DNA of 64,000 bases from Caldisericia bacterium (GCA_963674785.1 OY771555.1:160001-224000); one strand, 5' to 3'; counted from the stretch's first letter, positions 16,833 through 29,499 are shown. The notes: generated from the sequence alone by a model not told the origin. Numbers and translations are program-made.

Positions 16833-19511
16833 TTAATGGTTTCTGATTGGCCAAATTGTTTGTGTTTTGATAAAGTCTTCGTAACCAGACACATATCCAA
16901 ATCTTGACCTATTATAATAATTTGAAGGCATCAATTCAGACTCCAAAACATCGATAACTCCATTGCTAAGGAACTCCAATCTTACAAATTCCAAATCTTC
17001 CCTGCTGTCCTTTAATCCCCTGAAATATTCAAAATCACTACTCAATAAAACAGAACCTCTTTCTGGTAATCTAAAGGTCAAGAGTTTTTTCTCACCAAAT
17101 TTTAAATCTGTTATTTCTATTGATTCAGAAAACCTAGAATAAATAGGAGCAGCTTCCTTTAACTCATCCTTATAAGTATACCTCTCGTGCCCCCAACCCA
17201 TCAAATAAAAAACTCCTGAAAGATTCTCACCAAATCTATCCCCTCTAGTGTTAACTATTTCGAAAGTTATAGTTTCAGTACCCTGATCTATCATTTTTAT
17301 TGAAAATGTTGGGCATGGTTTCGTTTCATACAAATAGTTATAAAAATCACCACCTGCGCCAAAATGGAGAGTTCTATCCTGATAGATTATTTGAGGATCT
17401 CGAATCCACTGAACTGAATCAACCATAGATGAATACCAATACATAGGCATACTATCGATATTAACCTGGAATATATCCGAATCGATTTCTGGGAATTTTT
17501 CATTGTGAAAAATATTCTTAGCAACGGAAAAGTCAATACATGAGATCCTGTCTAAATACCTGATACCACTTAAATATTCGGGGTTTTCCAGGCTATCTAT
17601 GTATAAATCATCTCCAATTGCAGTAATAATTTTCCCTTTAAAATGTTTGTTTATTCCACCATTTTTTACAATCTCTATTCTTTCCATCAATTCGTCATAG
17701 TAGACAATCGTTGATGGTGTGAAGATAAACTCTTTAGGTTTTGAGCTTAAAACAAGTTTATTTGATTCACCTGTTGTTAGATTTATCGATAAAACTAGAA
17801 ATCTTTGTTTCCCTGATGCCCTTTCTTCCAAATCGAAGACTTTTCCAAAGAAATCATTACATACTATATCTGTCTCATCTTCATCTATATCATCGATCCA
17901 TGGACTTATCCTGTATTTTTCCAAATCGATTTTTTCGTATCCAAACTCCAGGATTTCACCAGTCCTCAAATCAATTTTCCGCATAATTCCATTTTCATGG
18001 TACGAATAACAGAAGAATCCTTTGTGGTAATATGATCCAGCGAAAAAATAATCCTCTTCATTAACATCAAAACTTACCTCTCCTCGCATACCACCATATG
18101 ATTCAACACTAACTGTATAAGCATCTTCATTTTCCTCTACATCCACCCTGCATCTAACTCTAGCATTTGAATCAGCATCATTAATCTCACTACTTGTAAC
18201 ACTATCTGAATAATCAAATGTCAAATCGTCCTTTAACGCAAAAGCACAAACAAAAGAATCACTGCACCAGTTTGACTCATGTGAGTAGTCATAAGCATAA
18301 ATTTTCCCATCGATGTTTTTGCCACCTGATTCTGCATTTGCTAAAACTCTTTTTATCAATTCACCAGTTTTCAAATCATAAATATCAAACTTCCCATAAT
18401 CTCTCGTAAACAAAAAATCACCAGCCAAAAACAAAGTTTCGATATGGTTTCTATCACAATATGGGATACTCAATACCTCTTCTTGGCTCTCAAATGAAAT
18501 CACCTTGTAGCATTGATTCCTAAATGTCCCCTCATCTTCGATGAATTGAGCTGATCTCATACAGTGATACTTCTCATTAAAATCATAGGTAACGCTCTGA
18601 CAACCATTGTTTTCAAATTGAATCCTTTTTATAATTTGCCCATCTTTGCCCAATAAAAACATAATTGTTGTCGTTTGTTAATCAAATTCATCTTCCCCCA
18701 CAAAAGTCAGATAAACCAGATATAAATCCTGCCTATTTAATACACTAAACCGTATATCTTCATCATTGATGATTTTTTTGATTTCTTCAGGGAGATCAAT
18801 AAATACTCCTTCTTTAAGATTTGCGATTTTTTCAGCAGTCATAAGCAAAGTGTCTTTCGAATAACGCTGACTTTTCCTTCGAAGAACTTCTTTCCCACTT
18901 TTCAAATCAATATATTTGTATTCATATTTTTCTCTGAATTTATCTGAAGAACCATCAATTTCTCTAATAAAAACCAAAAATTTGCCAAACAAAAGATCAT
19001 TATACATGAATCCTTCATCATCAACAGTAGGAGAACTCCAGGCAATTTGCATATCAATAAAGTCAAAAAGCTCAAGATAATATACACCATTAACCTCATA
19101 AATATTCTCAATATACCGTGTATTCCACTCCCAAGAATTATCAAGAAACCCAATATTTTCAGTTTTCATTTTCTCATCTAAAATCTGATTTTTATCATAA
19201 CCAATCGGATACAGCTTTTCATTCTTAAAACCTGTTAGGTCTTCATATTCCTTTGAATAGATATCCAATGGTCCATGAATATTGAGGTTTTTGTCAACAA
19301 CATATCTGAATCTGTGATAACTGGAATCCATGTATGATTCACCCATACTCTCATCAAAAGGCATCACATCGACCCCAAAGGTCAATGGAATGATTTTCGA
19401 AGGAGCAACAGGCAAATGAACTGTTACTTTCTCATTCTGCCCAGCAGAAATATTAATAAATTGAACAAACACGAAAACAACAACCAACAATAAAACCTGA
19501 AGTTTTCTCAT
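16833..19511 (-). pseudogene. Secreted hypothetical protein split by an in-frame TAA (ORFs 18678-19511 and 16833-18662)
   Basis: Upstream ORF has RBS ggagg and a signal peptide; its TAA is followed in the same frame by 5 sense codons and the ATG of the 609-aa ORF, with no obvious RBS. Confidence 0.6.
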
Positions 19512-19573
19512 CTTGCCTCCACATGAAATACTATAATAATTATGTATGGTTTATGACAAAAATCCATAACCTA

Positions 19574-19600
19574 ACTTTTCTAACATGACCCCCGTACTAT
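19574..19600 (+). promoter_or_regulatory. Putative ECF-sigma promoter ACTTT-N14-CGTACTAT, copy 1
   Basis: Same motif and spacing at 21590-21616. Confidence 0.5.
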
Positions 19601-19632
19601 ATCTTGAAAGCAGCAACCGAAAGGAGAACGAA

Positions 19633-20928
19633 ATGAAAAAAATAATAACAATCGTACTACTGGGAGCACTTGTTTTAGGAATGGCAATCACAGGAACTGC
19701 ATTTGCAAGAGAAGGACAGAGGAATTCAGCAAATGGACAGACTCCTGCAAATGGAACTTTGGCAGAAAAGGTAAGAGAGATTCCACAGATGGGAACAGTG
19801 GTTTCAAAAAATGCAAACCAGATCGTAATTTCTGGTCCAGGAATGGATTTTGTTCAGATCACAATTACACTTAATGATGAAACAAAATTCTACGACGGAA
19901 CTGTCGAGCATGAGCAGGGTGAAGAGCCAACAGAAATCTCAATCTCTGACATTAAAAAAGGCGACAAGATTGTTGCTCACGGAAAGATTGTAAGAGACGA
20001 CGAAGAATCACCAACATCTTACATTGCAGCAAGAGTTGTTAAAGTTAACCAGTTTCCAAGACTGGATGCACCAGGAGACAGTGGAAGAGAGCAGCCACCA
20101 ACAATGAACGTTCTTTTCAAGTCAGCAAGCGGAAACACAATCACGGTTACAGACCCAGCTGGTGAAAATGAACTAACAGTGACACTTGCTGAGAATGCAA
20201 AAATCTTCAAACTCGTCAAGGGTGAAGATGATGAAAAGGCAACCAGAGAAGAAGTTGAAGTAAGCGGACTCTCAGAAGGTGACAAGCTTGTTATCACCGG
20301 AAAAAGAGTAAAAGACGACGAAGGAAACGTAACTGTCACAGCAATGATTATCCTCGTTGTTGACGAATTCCCAGCACAGCGTCCTGGAAAAGACAGAGGC
20401 GACGACAAAATGCACCAGGTTCTTGGCACATTCAACAGCTTTGATGGTGACTACATGATTCTCGATCCAATCGCAGAGGATGCCGAGCAGATTAAGATCA
20501 AACTCTCCGAAAAGACAGCCTTCGTCAAGTTTGAAAAATCAGAAACCGAAGGTGAAAAACCAGAAAAGATTGAGATGTCAAAAGATGATCTTAAAGCTGG
20601 ACAAAAAGTCTCAGTTCAGGTCATCCCAACAAGAGATGGTGATTCAGAAACAAGAGAAGCCACAGCAGTGGTTGTTGTCTTCCTTGACGAGTTCCCACCA
20701 GCAAGAGCAGGCGGAGAGATCACAGCAATCAACGCAAAGTCAATCACAATCAAGATGAAGAATGAAGACGAGGTAACATTTGAAATCACTGATGAAACAG
20801 TATTCCAGATTCACTCAAAAGATGCTGACCCAGTTGAAGCAACAAAGTCGGATTTCAAAAAGGGTGACATGGTCGGAATCGTCCACAGAGATGGTGCGGC
20901 AATCCTCATCACAAAAAGAGCAGAATAG
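19633..20928 (+). CDS. Secreted DUF5666-like (OB-fold) repeat protein
   Basis: RBS aaggag, signal peptide, about 4 repeats of G.V......I....ETKF....DLK.GD.V...G...A..I. Confidence 0.75.
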   Translation: MKKIITIVLLGALVLGMAITGTAFAREGQRNSANGQTPANGTLAEKVREIPQMGTVVSKNANQIVISGPGMDFVQITITLNDETKFYDGTVEHEQGEEPTEISISDIKKGDKIVAHGKIVRDDEESPTSYIAARVVKVNQFPRLDAPGDSGREQPPTMNVLFKSASGNTITVTDPAGENELTVTLAENAKIFKLVKGEDDEKATREEVEVSGLSEGDKLVITGKRVKDDEGNVTVTAMIILVVDEFPAQRPGKDRGDDKMHQVLGTFNSFDGDYMILDPIAEDAEQIKIKLSEKTAFVKFEKSETEGEKPEKIEMSKDDLKAGQKVSVQVIPTRDGDSETREATAVVVVFLDEFPPARAGGEITAINAKSITIKMKNEDEVTFEITDETVFQIHSKDADPVEATKSDFKKGDMVGIVHRDGAAILITKRAE

Positions 20929-20953
20929 TAGCGAATAAATAAATCTTCTCATC

Positions 20954-20985
20954 AAAAACCCCCGAGGAATCCTCGGGGGTTTTTT
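20954..20985 (+). terminator. Rho-independent terminator (bidirectional)
   Basis: aaaaaCCCCCGAGGA-a-TCCTCGGGGGtttttt. Confidence 0.9.
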
Positions 20986-21000
20986 AAATTTGTTATGTAA

Positions 21001-21247
21001 ATAAAACAATCAGAACACGTTGGAAGAAAAGTAGTTGATCAGCTTGTGAATGCTCTGAAATCGTCACTACAAAAAAGCAAAGCTGACAGCCAGGAAAGAC
21101 CTAAAAAGACTTCATTATGAAAGGTGTTTTGTTACTTTTTCATTCACAAAGAGTGTTTATGAAGAGCATGCAAGACTAAAACGTGAAGATGATATTGATA
21201 TTGAACTTATGACTGTGGAGGATGTTGTAAAGGAATTCAAACAATAA
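21001..21247 (+). pseudogene. Remnant of an Mrr-like restriction endonuclease C-terminal domain
   Basis: IKQSEHVGRKVVDQLVNAL ... KGV...FSFTKSVYEEHARLKREDDIDIELMTVEDVV*, with frameshifts and no start. Confidence 0.5.
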
Positions 21248-21589
21248 ACGACTGACAGTGTTGTTTCCTCATCTCAATCAGTATAATCACTATGACAGAC
21301 TAAAAGAGGGGAGGCGTACATGGGAAGAAAATCTTCATCTAGGAAAAGCAAGACTTCATAAAGAAAGACTGGTTCATCTCGTAATAGAAAAACCGTTAAT
21401 GTTAACTCCAACACTCGAAAAGACGGAACAAAAGTCCATGAGCACAAACGTTCTAAACCAGACTAATAAATCCAAGACTTTATCATCACACCACCAATAG
21501 GCAAAATACAAAAAAGAACTGTCGAGTCATTGAATGACATTAAAAAAAAATGAATAAAAATCCTTAACTTGCGAAGTGTAGCTATACTG

Positions 21590-21616
21590 ACTTTCTCTGA
21601 GATTCCTACGTACTAT
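21590..21616 (+). promoter_or_regulatory. Putative ECF-sigma promoter ACTTT-N14-CGTACTAT, copy 2
   Basis: Same motif and spacing as 19574-19600. Confidence 0.5.
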
Positions 21617-21646
21617 CTCATATAACAACAATACGAAAGGAATATC

Positions 21647-22300
21647 GTGAAAAGATTATTATCTATTGTGCTTATTGGAATGCTTTTATCAGGAGTGGTA
21701 GCCCTAGGAGTTACATTTGCAGAGGAAGAAACTCTTCCCGAGAAACCAGAACGACCAGAAACAATCAGATTAAAGCTCTGGGTTAACACTTCAAAATTTG
21801 TGAAGGATGATGTTCAGATTACTGATCTTGACCCTGCACCGACAACAAAATCACCACCTCTTCCATCAGAGCTTGCAGGAAACACATACATGCCTGTAAG
21901 AGCAGTTTTTGAAGCTCTTGGGGCAGATGTGCAGTGGATTGATGACGACAGAAGGGTAGACGTGCAGCTCGGAAGAATAAAGCTTCAGCTTTGGGTTGAC
22001 AATGTATCGACGGCAAAAATCAATGACGAAGAGGTGACCATATACAATGCCGACGAATCAAAGGTTCTCTACCCAACGATTGTAGATGGAAAAACAATGC
22101 TTCCATTAAGATTTGCCTGTGAATCACTTAAAGCTGATGTTAACTGGATTGAAAGTGAATCGGCAATCGAAATCGTATACCCCTCTGAAACGATGGAAGA
22201 GCCACCAGCAGATGGCGAAGAAAGACCTGAACCTCCAGGAGATGGCGAAACTCCGCCAGACAAACCAGAACCACCAGAAGATGGAGGAGAACAGCCGTAA
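21647..22300 (+). CDS. Secreted copper amine oxidase N-terminal (stalk) domain protein with Pro/Glu-rich tail
   Basis: TYMPVRAVFEALGADVQW and PTIVDGKTMLPLRFACESLKADVNW. Confidence 0.85.
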   Translation: MKRLLSIVLIGMLLSGVVALGVTFAEEETLPEKPERPETIRLKLWVNTSKFVKDDVQITDLDPAPTTKSPPLPSELAGNTYMPVRAVFEALGADVQWIDDDRRVDVQLGRIKLQLWVDNVSTAKINDEEVTIYNADESKVLYPTIVDGKTMLPLRFACESLKADVNWIESESAIEIVYPSETMEEPPADGEERPEPPGDGETPPDKPEPPEDGGEQP

Positions 22301-22324
22301 AAAAGGAAACTGATCAAAGTTTTT

Positions 22325-22357
22325 AAAACCCTCTGTCTTTTAAACAGAGGGTTTTTT
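22325..22357 (+). terminator. Rho-independent terminator
   Basis: aaaaCCCTCTGT-cttttaa-ACAGAGGGtttttt. Confidence 0.85.
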
Positions 22358-22427
22358 ATTGATATTCATTATCTGGTAAAAGTGTTCAGGAATTTCAATT
22401 ATCTTCTTTGATAAACTAAGAGGGTCA

Positions 22428-23261
22428 TCATTTTTTTAGATAAACAAAATAGTAGATACCGCCAATAAATATAGCCCCACCTACGATATTTCCAAGTGTG
22501 ACAGGTACGAGGTTATTAACAAGAAAAGTTGACCATGTAAGACTACTTGCTCCACCACCCAGCCCACTTGCAGCTAAAACCCCAGCATTTCCTTTCAGAA
22601 ACAATCCCAAAGGTATGAAATACATGTTTGCAACACTGTGCTCAAAACCACTCGCAACAAACGCCATTATTGGGAAGTATATCCCAGCAATTTTACTAAC
22701 TAAATCTTTTCCTGAGATAGCCAACCACACAGCGAGAACAACAAGTATGTTGCAGGCAACACCTCGTAAAAATGCCTCCAGAAAACCTAGGTTTACCTTT
22801 GTGACAGCAATATTCAGAGCATATGTCCCTACCCCATAATCACCCATTTTGTAAAGACCACCAAAGTAGACAAGGATAACCAAAAAAATAGAACCCACAA
22901 AGTTAGCCGAGAAAACGATTGACCAGTTTCTAAATAAACCAGAAAGAGCTATTTTACGCTTAAAAAGAGAAATACTCATCAATGAATTACCAGTAAAAAG
23001 TTCTGCTCCACCAAGCACAACAAGAACAAGTCCAACACTAAAAACACTACCTCCGATAAACTTGCTCAATCCGAGTCCAAAATACCTAGAAACATCATGG
23101 GTGACAACAGTATAAAGATGTGATCCAAATCCAATGTATAACCCAGCTAAAATTCCCGACAAAAAAAGTTTGGAAAAAGAAAGTTTTGATTTATCTTTGC
23201 CAATATCAACAAGCTTTTGTGCTACTTCACATGGAGTTAAATAGTTTATATTAATACACAC
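22428..23261 (-). CDS. Formate/nitrite transporter (FocA/FdhC family)
   Basis: GAELFTGN, RGVACNILV, FVASGFEHSVANMY, VTLGNIVGG. Confidence 0.93.
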   Translation of the reverse strand: MCININYLTPCEVAQKLVDIGKDKSKLSFSKLFLSGILAGLYIGFGSHLYTVVTHDVSRYFGLGLSKFIGGSVFSVGLVLVVLGGAELFTGNSLMSISLFKRKIALSGLFRNWSIVFSANFVGSIFLVILVYFGGLYKMGDYGVGTYALNIAVTKVNLGFLEAFLRGVACNILVVLAVWLAISGKDLVSKIAGIYFPIMAFVASGFEHSVANMYFIPLGLFLKGNAGVLAASGLGGGASSLTWSTFLVNNLVPVTLGNIVGGAIFIGGIYYFVYLKK

Positions 23262-23305
23262 CTTACTGTCTATGGATCACTCTTAGATACACCATAGACT
23301 TTAAT

Positions 23306-23342
23306 ATGTGATCAAATTAACAAGGCACATACTTATCGTCAA
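23306..23342 (-). promoter_or_regulatory. FNT promoter (TTGACG-N17-TAATTT) with overlapping Rex-like operator
   Basis: ATGTGATCAAATTAACAA (23306-23) resembles the Rex box TTGT(G/T)AA-N4-TT(C/A)ACAA and overlaps the -10. Confidence 0.45.
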
Positions 23343-23451
23343 GATTGTTTCAATAACAGTTTCGGTGATAGTTGATTAAGGATAAATATAAAAAGAGGAT
23401 TTAAAATAATATATTTATACTTAGATATAATAACAATAATACAATAGATAC

Positions 23452-23476
23452 AAAAAAAGCCTCTATTACTAGAGGC
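23452..23476 (-). terminator. Terminator of the 16S rRNA transcript
   Basis: Minus strand GCCTCTA-gtaa-TAGAGGC-ttttttt. Confidence 0.85.
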
Positions 23477-23594
23477 AAATCTTTGTGTAATAGTAAGAAA
23501 ACTAGATAGCAATGTTCCAAAAAAAGTCAACGGGTCATCCGGTGAATTAAATCTTTTTTTGTTGTCTTGATATTTCTACCAAGAAAAGCTCCTT

Positions 23595-25132
<1,538 letters not shown>

Positions 25133-25292
25133 TCTTATATATGTATTATATATAAAGTGTTATATTAAATAACTAGGTGCTCTCACACCTATATTGTCAT
25201 TCTGGAATTGCACCGGATATTGACTTTCATGTGTTAATTGCTATCTAGTTTTCAAACTACTACATTTCCCAGAAGTGAATCGAGGAAAGTTC

Positions 25293-25379
25293 AGTTTACC
25301 ACAAAAGGTGACCACCGTCAAGCAGTTACCCTTTCGGCCAACGAGTAATGAAATATAACCCAAAAAGTTATAGAGTCAA
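25293..25379 (-). promoter_or_regulatory. Tandem rRNA promoters P1/P2
   Basis: TTGACT-N16-TATATT (25379-25352) and TTGACG-N17-TAAACT (25321-25293). Confidence 0.75.
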
Positions 25380-25548
25380 GGAATGGATATAACATGAATA
25401 ATATATTGCATTCATGGGACTTTCTTGAGAATCAAATTCAATAATCGAAAGGTTCCTTTAACCATCATTCGAAAGATTTTCACCAAAACGCTTCACATTC
25501 AACGATTAAATCGAATCCTTGACATTTTACGATATTCGGTCACTATTA

Positions 25549-25565
25549 TTGCAACTATATTGCAA
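25549..25565. promoter_or_regulatory. Palindrome TTGCAA-N5-TTGCAA upstream of feoA, probable Fur-family metalloregulator box
   Basis: Inverted repeat just upstream of the feoA RBS and downstream of TTGACA (25519). Confidence 0.5.
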
Positions 25566-25578
25566 AAGGAGGCACTCG

Positions 25579-25890
25579 ATGACTGAACATTCAAAACACA
25601 GAGGATCTCGATTCAGAGGTCATTGTTGTCAAAAACATGGAGACAATGAAAACTCTCTTCCTGTTTTATCTGAGTTCCCAGTAGGCAAAAAATGCAAGGT
25701 TGTCTCTCTCATGGGTTGCATGATGAACAAAAGGCTCGCAAATATGGGTCTTGGTGTTGGCTCGATTATAGAGATAATCAAGAATGATTTATCAGGAGGA
25801 CCGTTGATCGTTTTTTCTGATTCTGTAAGAATCGCCATTGGTAGAGGAATGGCAAGGCAGATTTGCTGTGAGGAGATAAAAGATGAGTAG
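25579..25890 (+). CDS. feoA: Ferrous iron transport protein A
   Basis: RBS aggagg; KRLANMGLGVG...GPLIV....RIAIGRGMA. Confidence 0.9.
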   Translation: MTEHSKHRGSRFRGHCCQKHGDNENSLPVLSEFPVGKKCKVVSLMGCMMNKRLANMGLGVGSIIEIIKNDLSGGPLIVFSDSVRIAIGRGMARQICCEEIKDE

Positions 25891-28147
25891 AGAATACGAA
25901 ATAGGATTGGCAGGAAATCCGAACGCGGGTAAAACTTCTGTTTTTAACCACATAACCGGAGCAATGCAAACGACCGGCAACTGGCCAGGAGTAACAGTAT
26001 CAAAAGTCTCTGGAAAATGCAGCGTTAAAAACGAAAAGATGAACATCGTTGATCTTCCAGGGACATATTCTCTCTCAGCACATTCTGAGGATGAACTCGT
26101 TGCAAGAGAATATATCGTAAAGGATAACCCAGATGTTGTGATAAACGTTCTAGATGCAACCGCACTTGAACACAATCTCTTCTTGACGCTTCAAATTATT
26201 GAACTTGGGGTTCCTGTCGTAATTGCCCTTAACATGACAGATGAAGCAAAAAAAAGGGATTTAAAGGTTGACGCAAAACGTCTTTCAAACATCCTCGGCG
26301 TTCCAGTAATTGAAACAATCGGAACATCTGGCGAAGGTGTTAAGGAACTTATGTGTGCAGTTCTTGATGTCGCAAAGTCCAGAAAGAGAAGTAACTATCT
26401 CGTCGATTATGGTCCCGAGATTGAACATTCGACCCAGAAGATTCAGGAAGTACTCTCCGAAACTGAAATCGCTAAAACAAAGTATCCTCCACATTTCTTT
26501 GCTCACAAGCTTCTCGAAAATGATAAAGCAATTTGCAACGAAGTAGAAACAATAAAGCATCCAGAACTCGTTCACGAAATCGTCAATAAGGAGATAAAAA
26601 GGTTAAAGGGGATTTTTGGGGATGATGTTGAAACTCTCGTCATAGATCGTCGTTACGAACAAGCAAGAATAATCTCGAAAGAAGTGGTGAAAGGAATCGT
26701 TAGAAGACAAAGATTTGTTGATAAAATTGATAGATTTCTTGCAAACAGATTTATTGGAATTCCAATATTTGGTATCGTTATGTGGGGGATATTCTATGCA
26801 ACATTTACTTGGGGTGCCCCACTCAGTGATTGGGTAGCCGAGGGGTTAGCATGGATAGACACAACATTGTTCGGTGCTCTCGTTGACTCATCATCCGTTC
26901 TTGTTTCAAATATTGGGAACTTCCTAAGTGGAGTTATCAACGATGGTATCGGTGGAATATTAGTATTTTTCCCATTCATTGTCATCCTCTTCCTTATCCT
27001 CTCGTTCCTAGAAGACAGCGGGTATATGGCTCGAATTGCGTACATAATGGATGGCATAATGTCCAAAGTCGGGCTTTCGGGAAAAGCATTCATACCATAC
27101 GTTGTCTCATTTGGATGTGCTGTACCTGGTGTTGTTGCCACAAGGACGCTTGATTCAAAAAGGGAAAGAATTTTAACTATACTTACTGCACCTCTTGTTT
27201 CCTGTGTTACAAGAATGGAAGTTTTCTTTTTCCTAGCAGCAATTTTCTTTGCAGGTTCGGCACTTGCTCAATCACTTGTTGTATGGTCAGTATTCATTTT
27301 TGGTATCCTGCTGGCTATCACTCTCGTTGCGATATTCTCTAAGATCTTCTTCAAAAACGAACCAGCAACACCACTTCTTATCGAGCTTCCACCATACAGA
27401 TGGCCAACACTTAGATCAGTTCTAATCCACACATGGGATAGAACCAAACACTTCCTCCAGAAAGCTGGTGGTGTCATACTTATTGGTGCAATTATTTTCT
27501 GGATCCTTTCAAACACACCAACAAGTGGAATAACCTCCTCAGCAACCCCATGGTTCATTGTACTTCTAGTTCTCGCTTTATGGATGGTTATAAATTCAGT
27601 TTTTTCAAAAAGATTATATAAGAACACCGAAACTCGATCAAAAACGGTTAAAACAATCAACATCATTCCATTCGTATTGATCGTTGGAGTATTCGTTCTT
27701 GGTGTCATGCCACATATCAGCTTAAGCGTTGATGCAATCGAACAGTCACTCGTTGGAAAAATAGGACACTCACTTGAATGGTTCGTTAGACCATTGGGAC
27801 TTGACTGGAGAGCAGTTATTGCACTCATTGCAGGATTTGTTGCAAAAGAACTTCTTATTTCAATCTTCGGCGTTCTTGGCAATTTTGCAGAGGATGCAGA
27901 ACCAGGTGGGCTTGAAGCAGGGCAAAATCCAGAGGGAACACCAGCAGTTATTGCCACTTGGTACACAACACCTGCTGTTCTCGGAATGATGGTTTTCTTT
28001 AACCTTTACTCCCCATGCCTTGCAACAATCGGTGCGATCAAAGCTGAGGCAGGTTGGAAATGGATGTGGTTCTCAATAGCTTATGGAATCGCTCTCGGAT
28101 GGATAATGTCATTCATTGTTTACCAGGTCGGGTCGCTTTTCATTTAA
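25883..28147 (+). CDS. feoB: Ferrous iron transport protein B
   Basis: GNPNAGKT, GNWPGVTV, DLPGTYSL, LNMTD, LEDSGYMAR, FGCAVP, ELPPYR, YSPCLAT. Confidence 0.97.
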   Translation: MSREYEIGLAGNPNAGKTSVFNHITGAMQTTGNWPGVTVSKVSGKCSVKNEKMNIVDLPGTYSLSAHSEDELVAREYIVKDNPDVVINVLDATALEHNLFLTLQIIELGVPVVIALNMTDEAKKRDLKVDAKRLSNILGVPVIETIGTSGEGVKELMCAVLDVAKSRKRSNYLVDYGPEIEHSTQKIQEVLSETEIAKTKYPPHFFAHKLLENDKAICNEVETIKHPELVHEIVNKEIKRLKGIFGDDVETLVIDRRYEQARIISKEVVKGIVRRQRFVDKIDRFLANRFIGIPIFGIVMWGIFYATFTWGAPLSDWVAEGLAWIDTTLFGALVDSSSVLVSNIGNFLSGVINDGIGGILVFFPFIVILFLILSFLEDSGYMARIAYIMDGIMSKVGLSGKAFIPYVVSFGCAVPGVVATRTLDSKRERILTILTAPLVSCVTRMEVFFFLAAIFFAGSALAQSLVVWSVFIFGILLAITLVAIFSKIFFKNEPATPLLIELPPYRWPTLRSVLIHTWDRTKHFLQKAGGVILIGAIIFWILSNTPTSGITSSATPWFIVLLVLALWMVINSVFSKRLYKNTETRSKTVKTINIIPFVLIVGVFVLGVMPHISLSVDAIEQSLVGKIGHSLEWFVRPLGLDWRAVIALIAGFVAKELLISIFGVLGNFAEDAEPGGLEAGQNPEGTPAVIATWYTTPAVLGMMVFFNLYSPCLATIGAIKAEAGWKWMWFSIAYGIALGWIMSFIVYQVGSLFI

Positions 28148-28165
28148 AGGACATAAAAACACAAA

Positions 28166-28465
28166 ATGATACTTAAAAAAACTCTCGACGCTCTAAAAAC
28201 TGGAGGATTTAGAACCCTTCCAGAGCTTGCTGGTCACCTTAAGATAACTACTGAAGAGTTAAAAAGCATCATAGACATACTCGTTGCTACGGGAAAGCTC
28301 CGAAAAAAAGAGCAGCAAATAAGCGGAAGCACTGGCTGTAGTGGTTGTTGCTGTTCCCAATCATGCTCAGGTTGTTCTTGTCATAATTCAAAGAGTAAAG
28401 CATCTTCAGTAGAAAGCACAAGCAAAAACAGTATTTCATTCTATGAGATAGCAGAAAACCCATAG
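28166..28465 (+). CDS. FeoC-like winged-helix protein with Cys-rich tail
   Basis: LPELAGHLKIT.EEL..IID.LV..GKL followed by CSGCCCSQSCSGCSC; directly after feoB. Confidence 0.75.
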   Translation: MILKKTLDALKTGGFRTLPELAGHLKITTEELKSIIDILVATGKLRKKEQQISGSTGCSGCCCSQSCSGCSCHNSKSKASSVESTSKNSISFYEIAENP

Positions 28466-28596
28466 CTATGAATGTCATCGAGTTTGCATGCAAACTCAAA
28501 CTATTGTTAAATTTCTATATGTACACATTATCAGTTTTTCCAACACACCTAGGGTCTAGAATCATCTAGGAATTTCCAAGAAAAGGAGTAGAAATT

Positions 28597-29499
28597 GTGA
28601 AAACTATACAATATAGTTGCAAATTTATCGCATTAGTTGCTATCATCGCATTAGCCACGACATTTGCAATCACAACAATATACGTAAACGCACATACACC
28701 AGGTGCAAAACCAGAACCAATCTTCGAATTCAAATCGATAACACTCATGGATGGAACAGAAGTTATCGAGCTATCAATCGATCAGTTGAATAAATTCCAC
28801 GCTGAGGGAGTAGCGTTATCAACAGAAAGACAGCTTATAAAACAGGGAAAAAGTGATGAAGAAATCAGAGAAGCGATTGAGGAAAAAAGAAGTACAGAAT
28901 CAGGGGCAGGACCGTGTGGGATTAGTGTATATAGGGCAATGCTGATTGCTGCGCGTGAACTTTGGGAAGATGGGATAATCACTAGATCGGAACTCAAGAT
29001 TGAATCAAATTGGACTGGAGGAGGATCAATAGATTTTTGCAGGTATCTGACTGGAAACACGGATAGAATTGCAGTTGAATCAAAGGGAGAGTTCGTACTC
29101 TCAAACAAAGGGAAAACAGTAGACATCGATATTGATTATCCGGAAATCAAGAAAATTTCAAAAGAAATGAACTCAAGTTCTTTCTTTTACCGAATAACAA
29201 ATAAAAGTACAGGTAACTCGATAGATTTCCAAATAGCTGAAGATATTATTCCTGAAGGATATTTCTCACTTAGAAGTGATGCAAAATTCAATAGCGAGGT
29301 TTCAGAGAGTATTCTTAATGAATTCGCATCCTCATGGTCAGAGTTTCGGGATAATCTGCTTCTACTGAATGATTGGGAAATATTTGAGGGGATAGAGGAA
29401 CCACCAGCAAAAGCACCAGTAATGGCACTTATTGTTATCTTTGGAGTTCTAGCTCTCATCGTAATTATGTGGATTGTGGGTAAAACGAGGAGATTTTAG
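28597..29499 (+). CDS. Membrane-anchored secreted protein, possibly FmdE-like metal-binding
   Basis: Signal peptide, FH...GPCGISVYRAML..ARELW motif, C-terminal TM helix. Confidence 0.5.
   Translation: MKTIQYSCKFIALVAIIALATTFAITTIYVNAHTPGAKPEPIFEFKSITLMDGTEVIELSIDQLNKFHAEGVALSTERQLIKQGKSDEEIREAIEEKRSTESGAGPCGISVYRAMLIAARELWEDGIITRSELKIESNWTGGGSIDFCRYLTGNTDRIAVESKGEFVLSNKGKTVDIDIDYPEIKKISKEMNSSSFFYRITNKSTGNSIDFQIAEDIIPEGYFSLRSDAKFNSEVSESILNEFASSWSEFRDNLLLLNDWEIFEGIEEPPAKAPVMALIVIFGVLALIVIMWIVGKTRRF

Noticed and set aside
27268-27966. Long antisense ORFs (also 13277-13936, 45191-45715, 58621-59163)
   Set aside because: Shadow frames opposite better-supported genes, with no RBS or domain signal.
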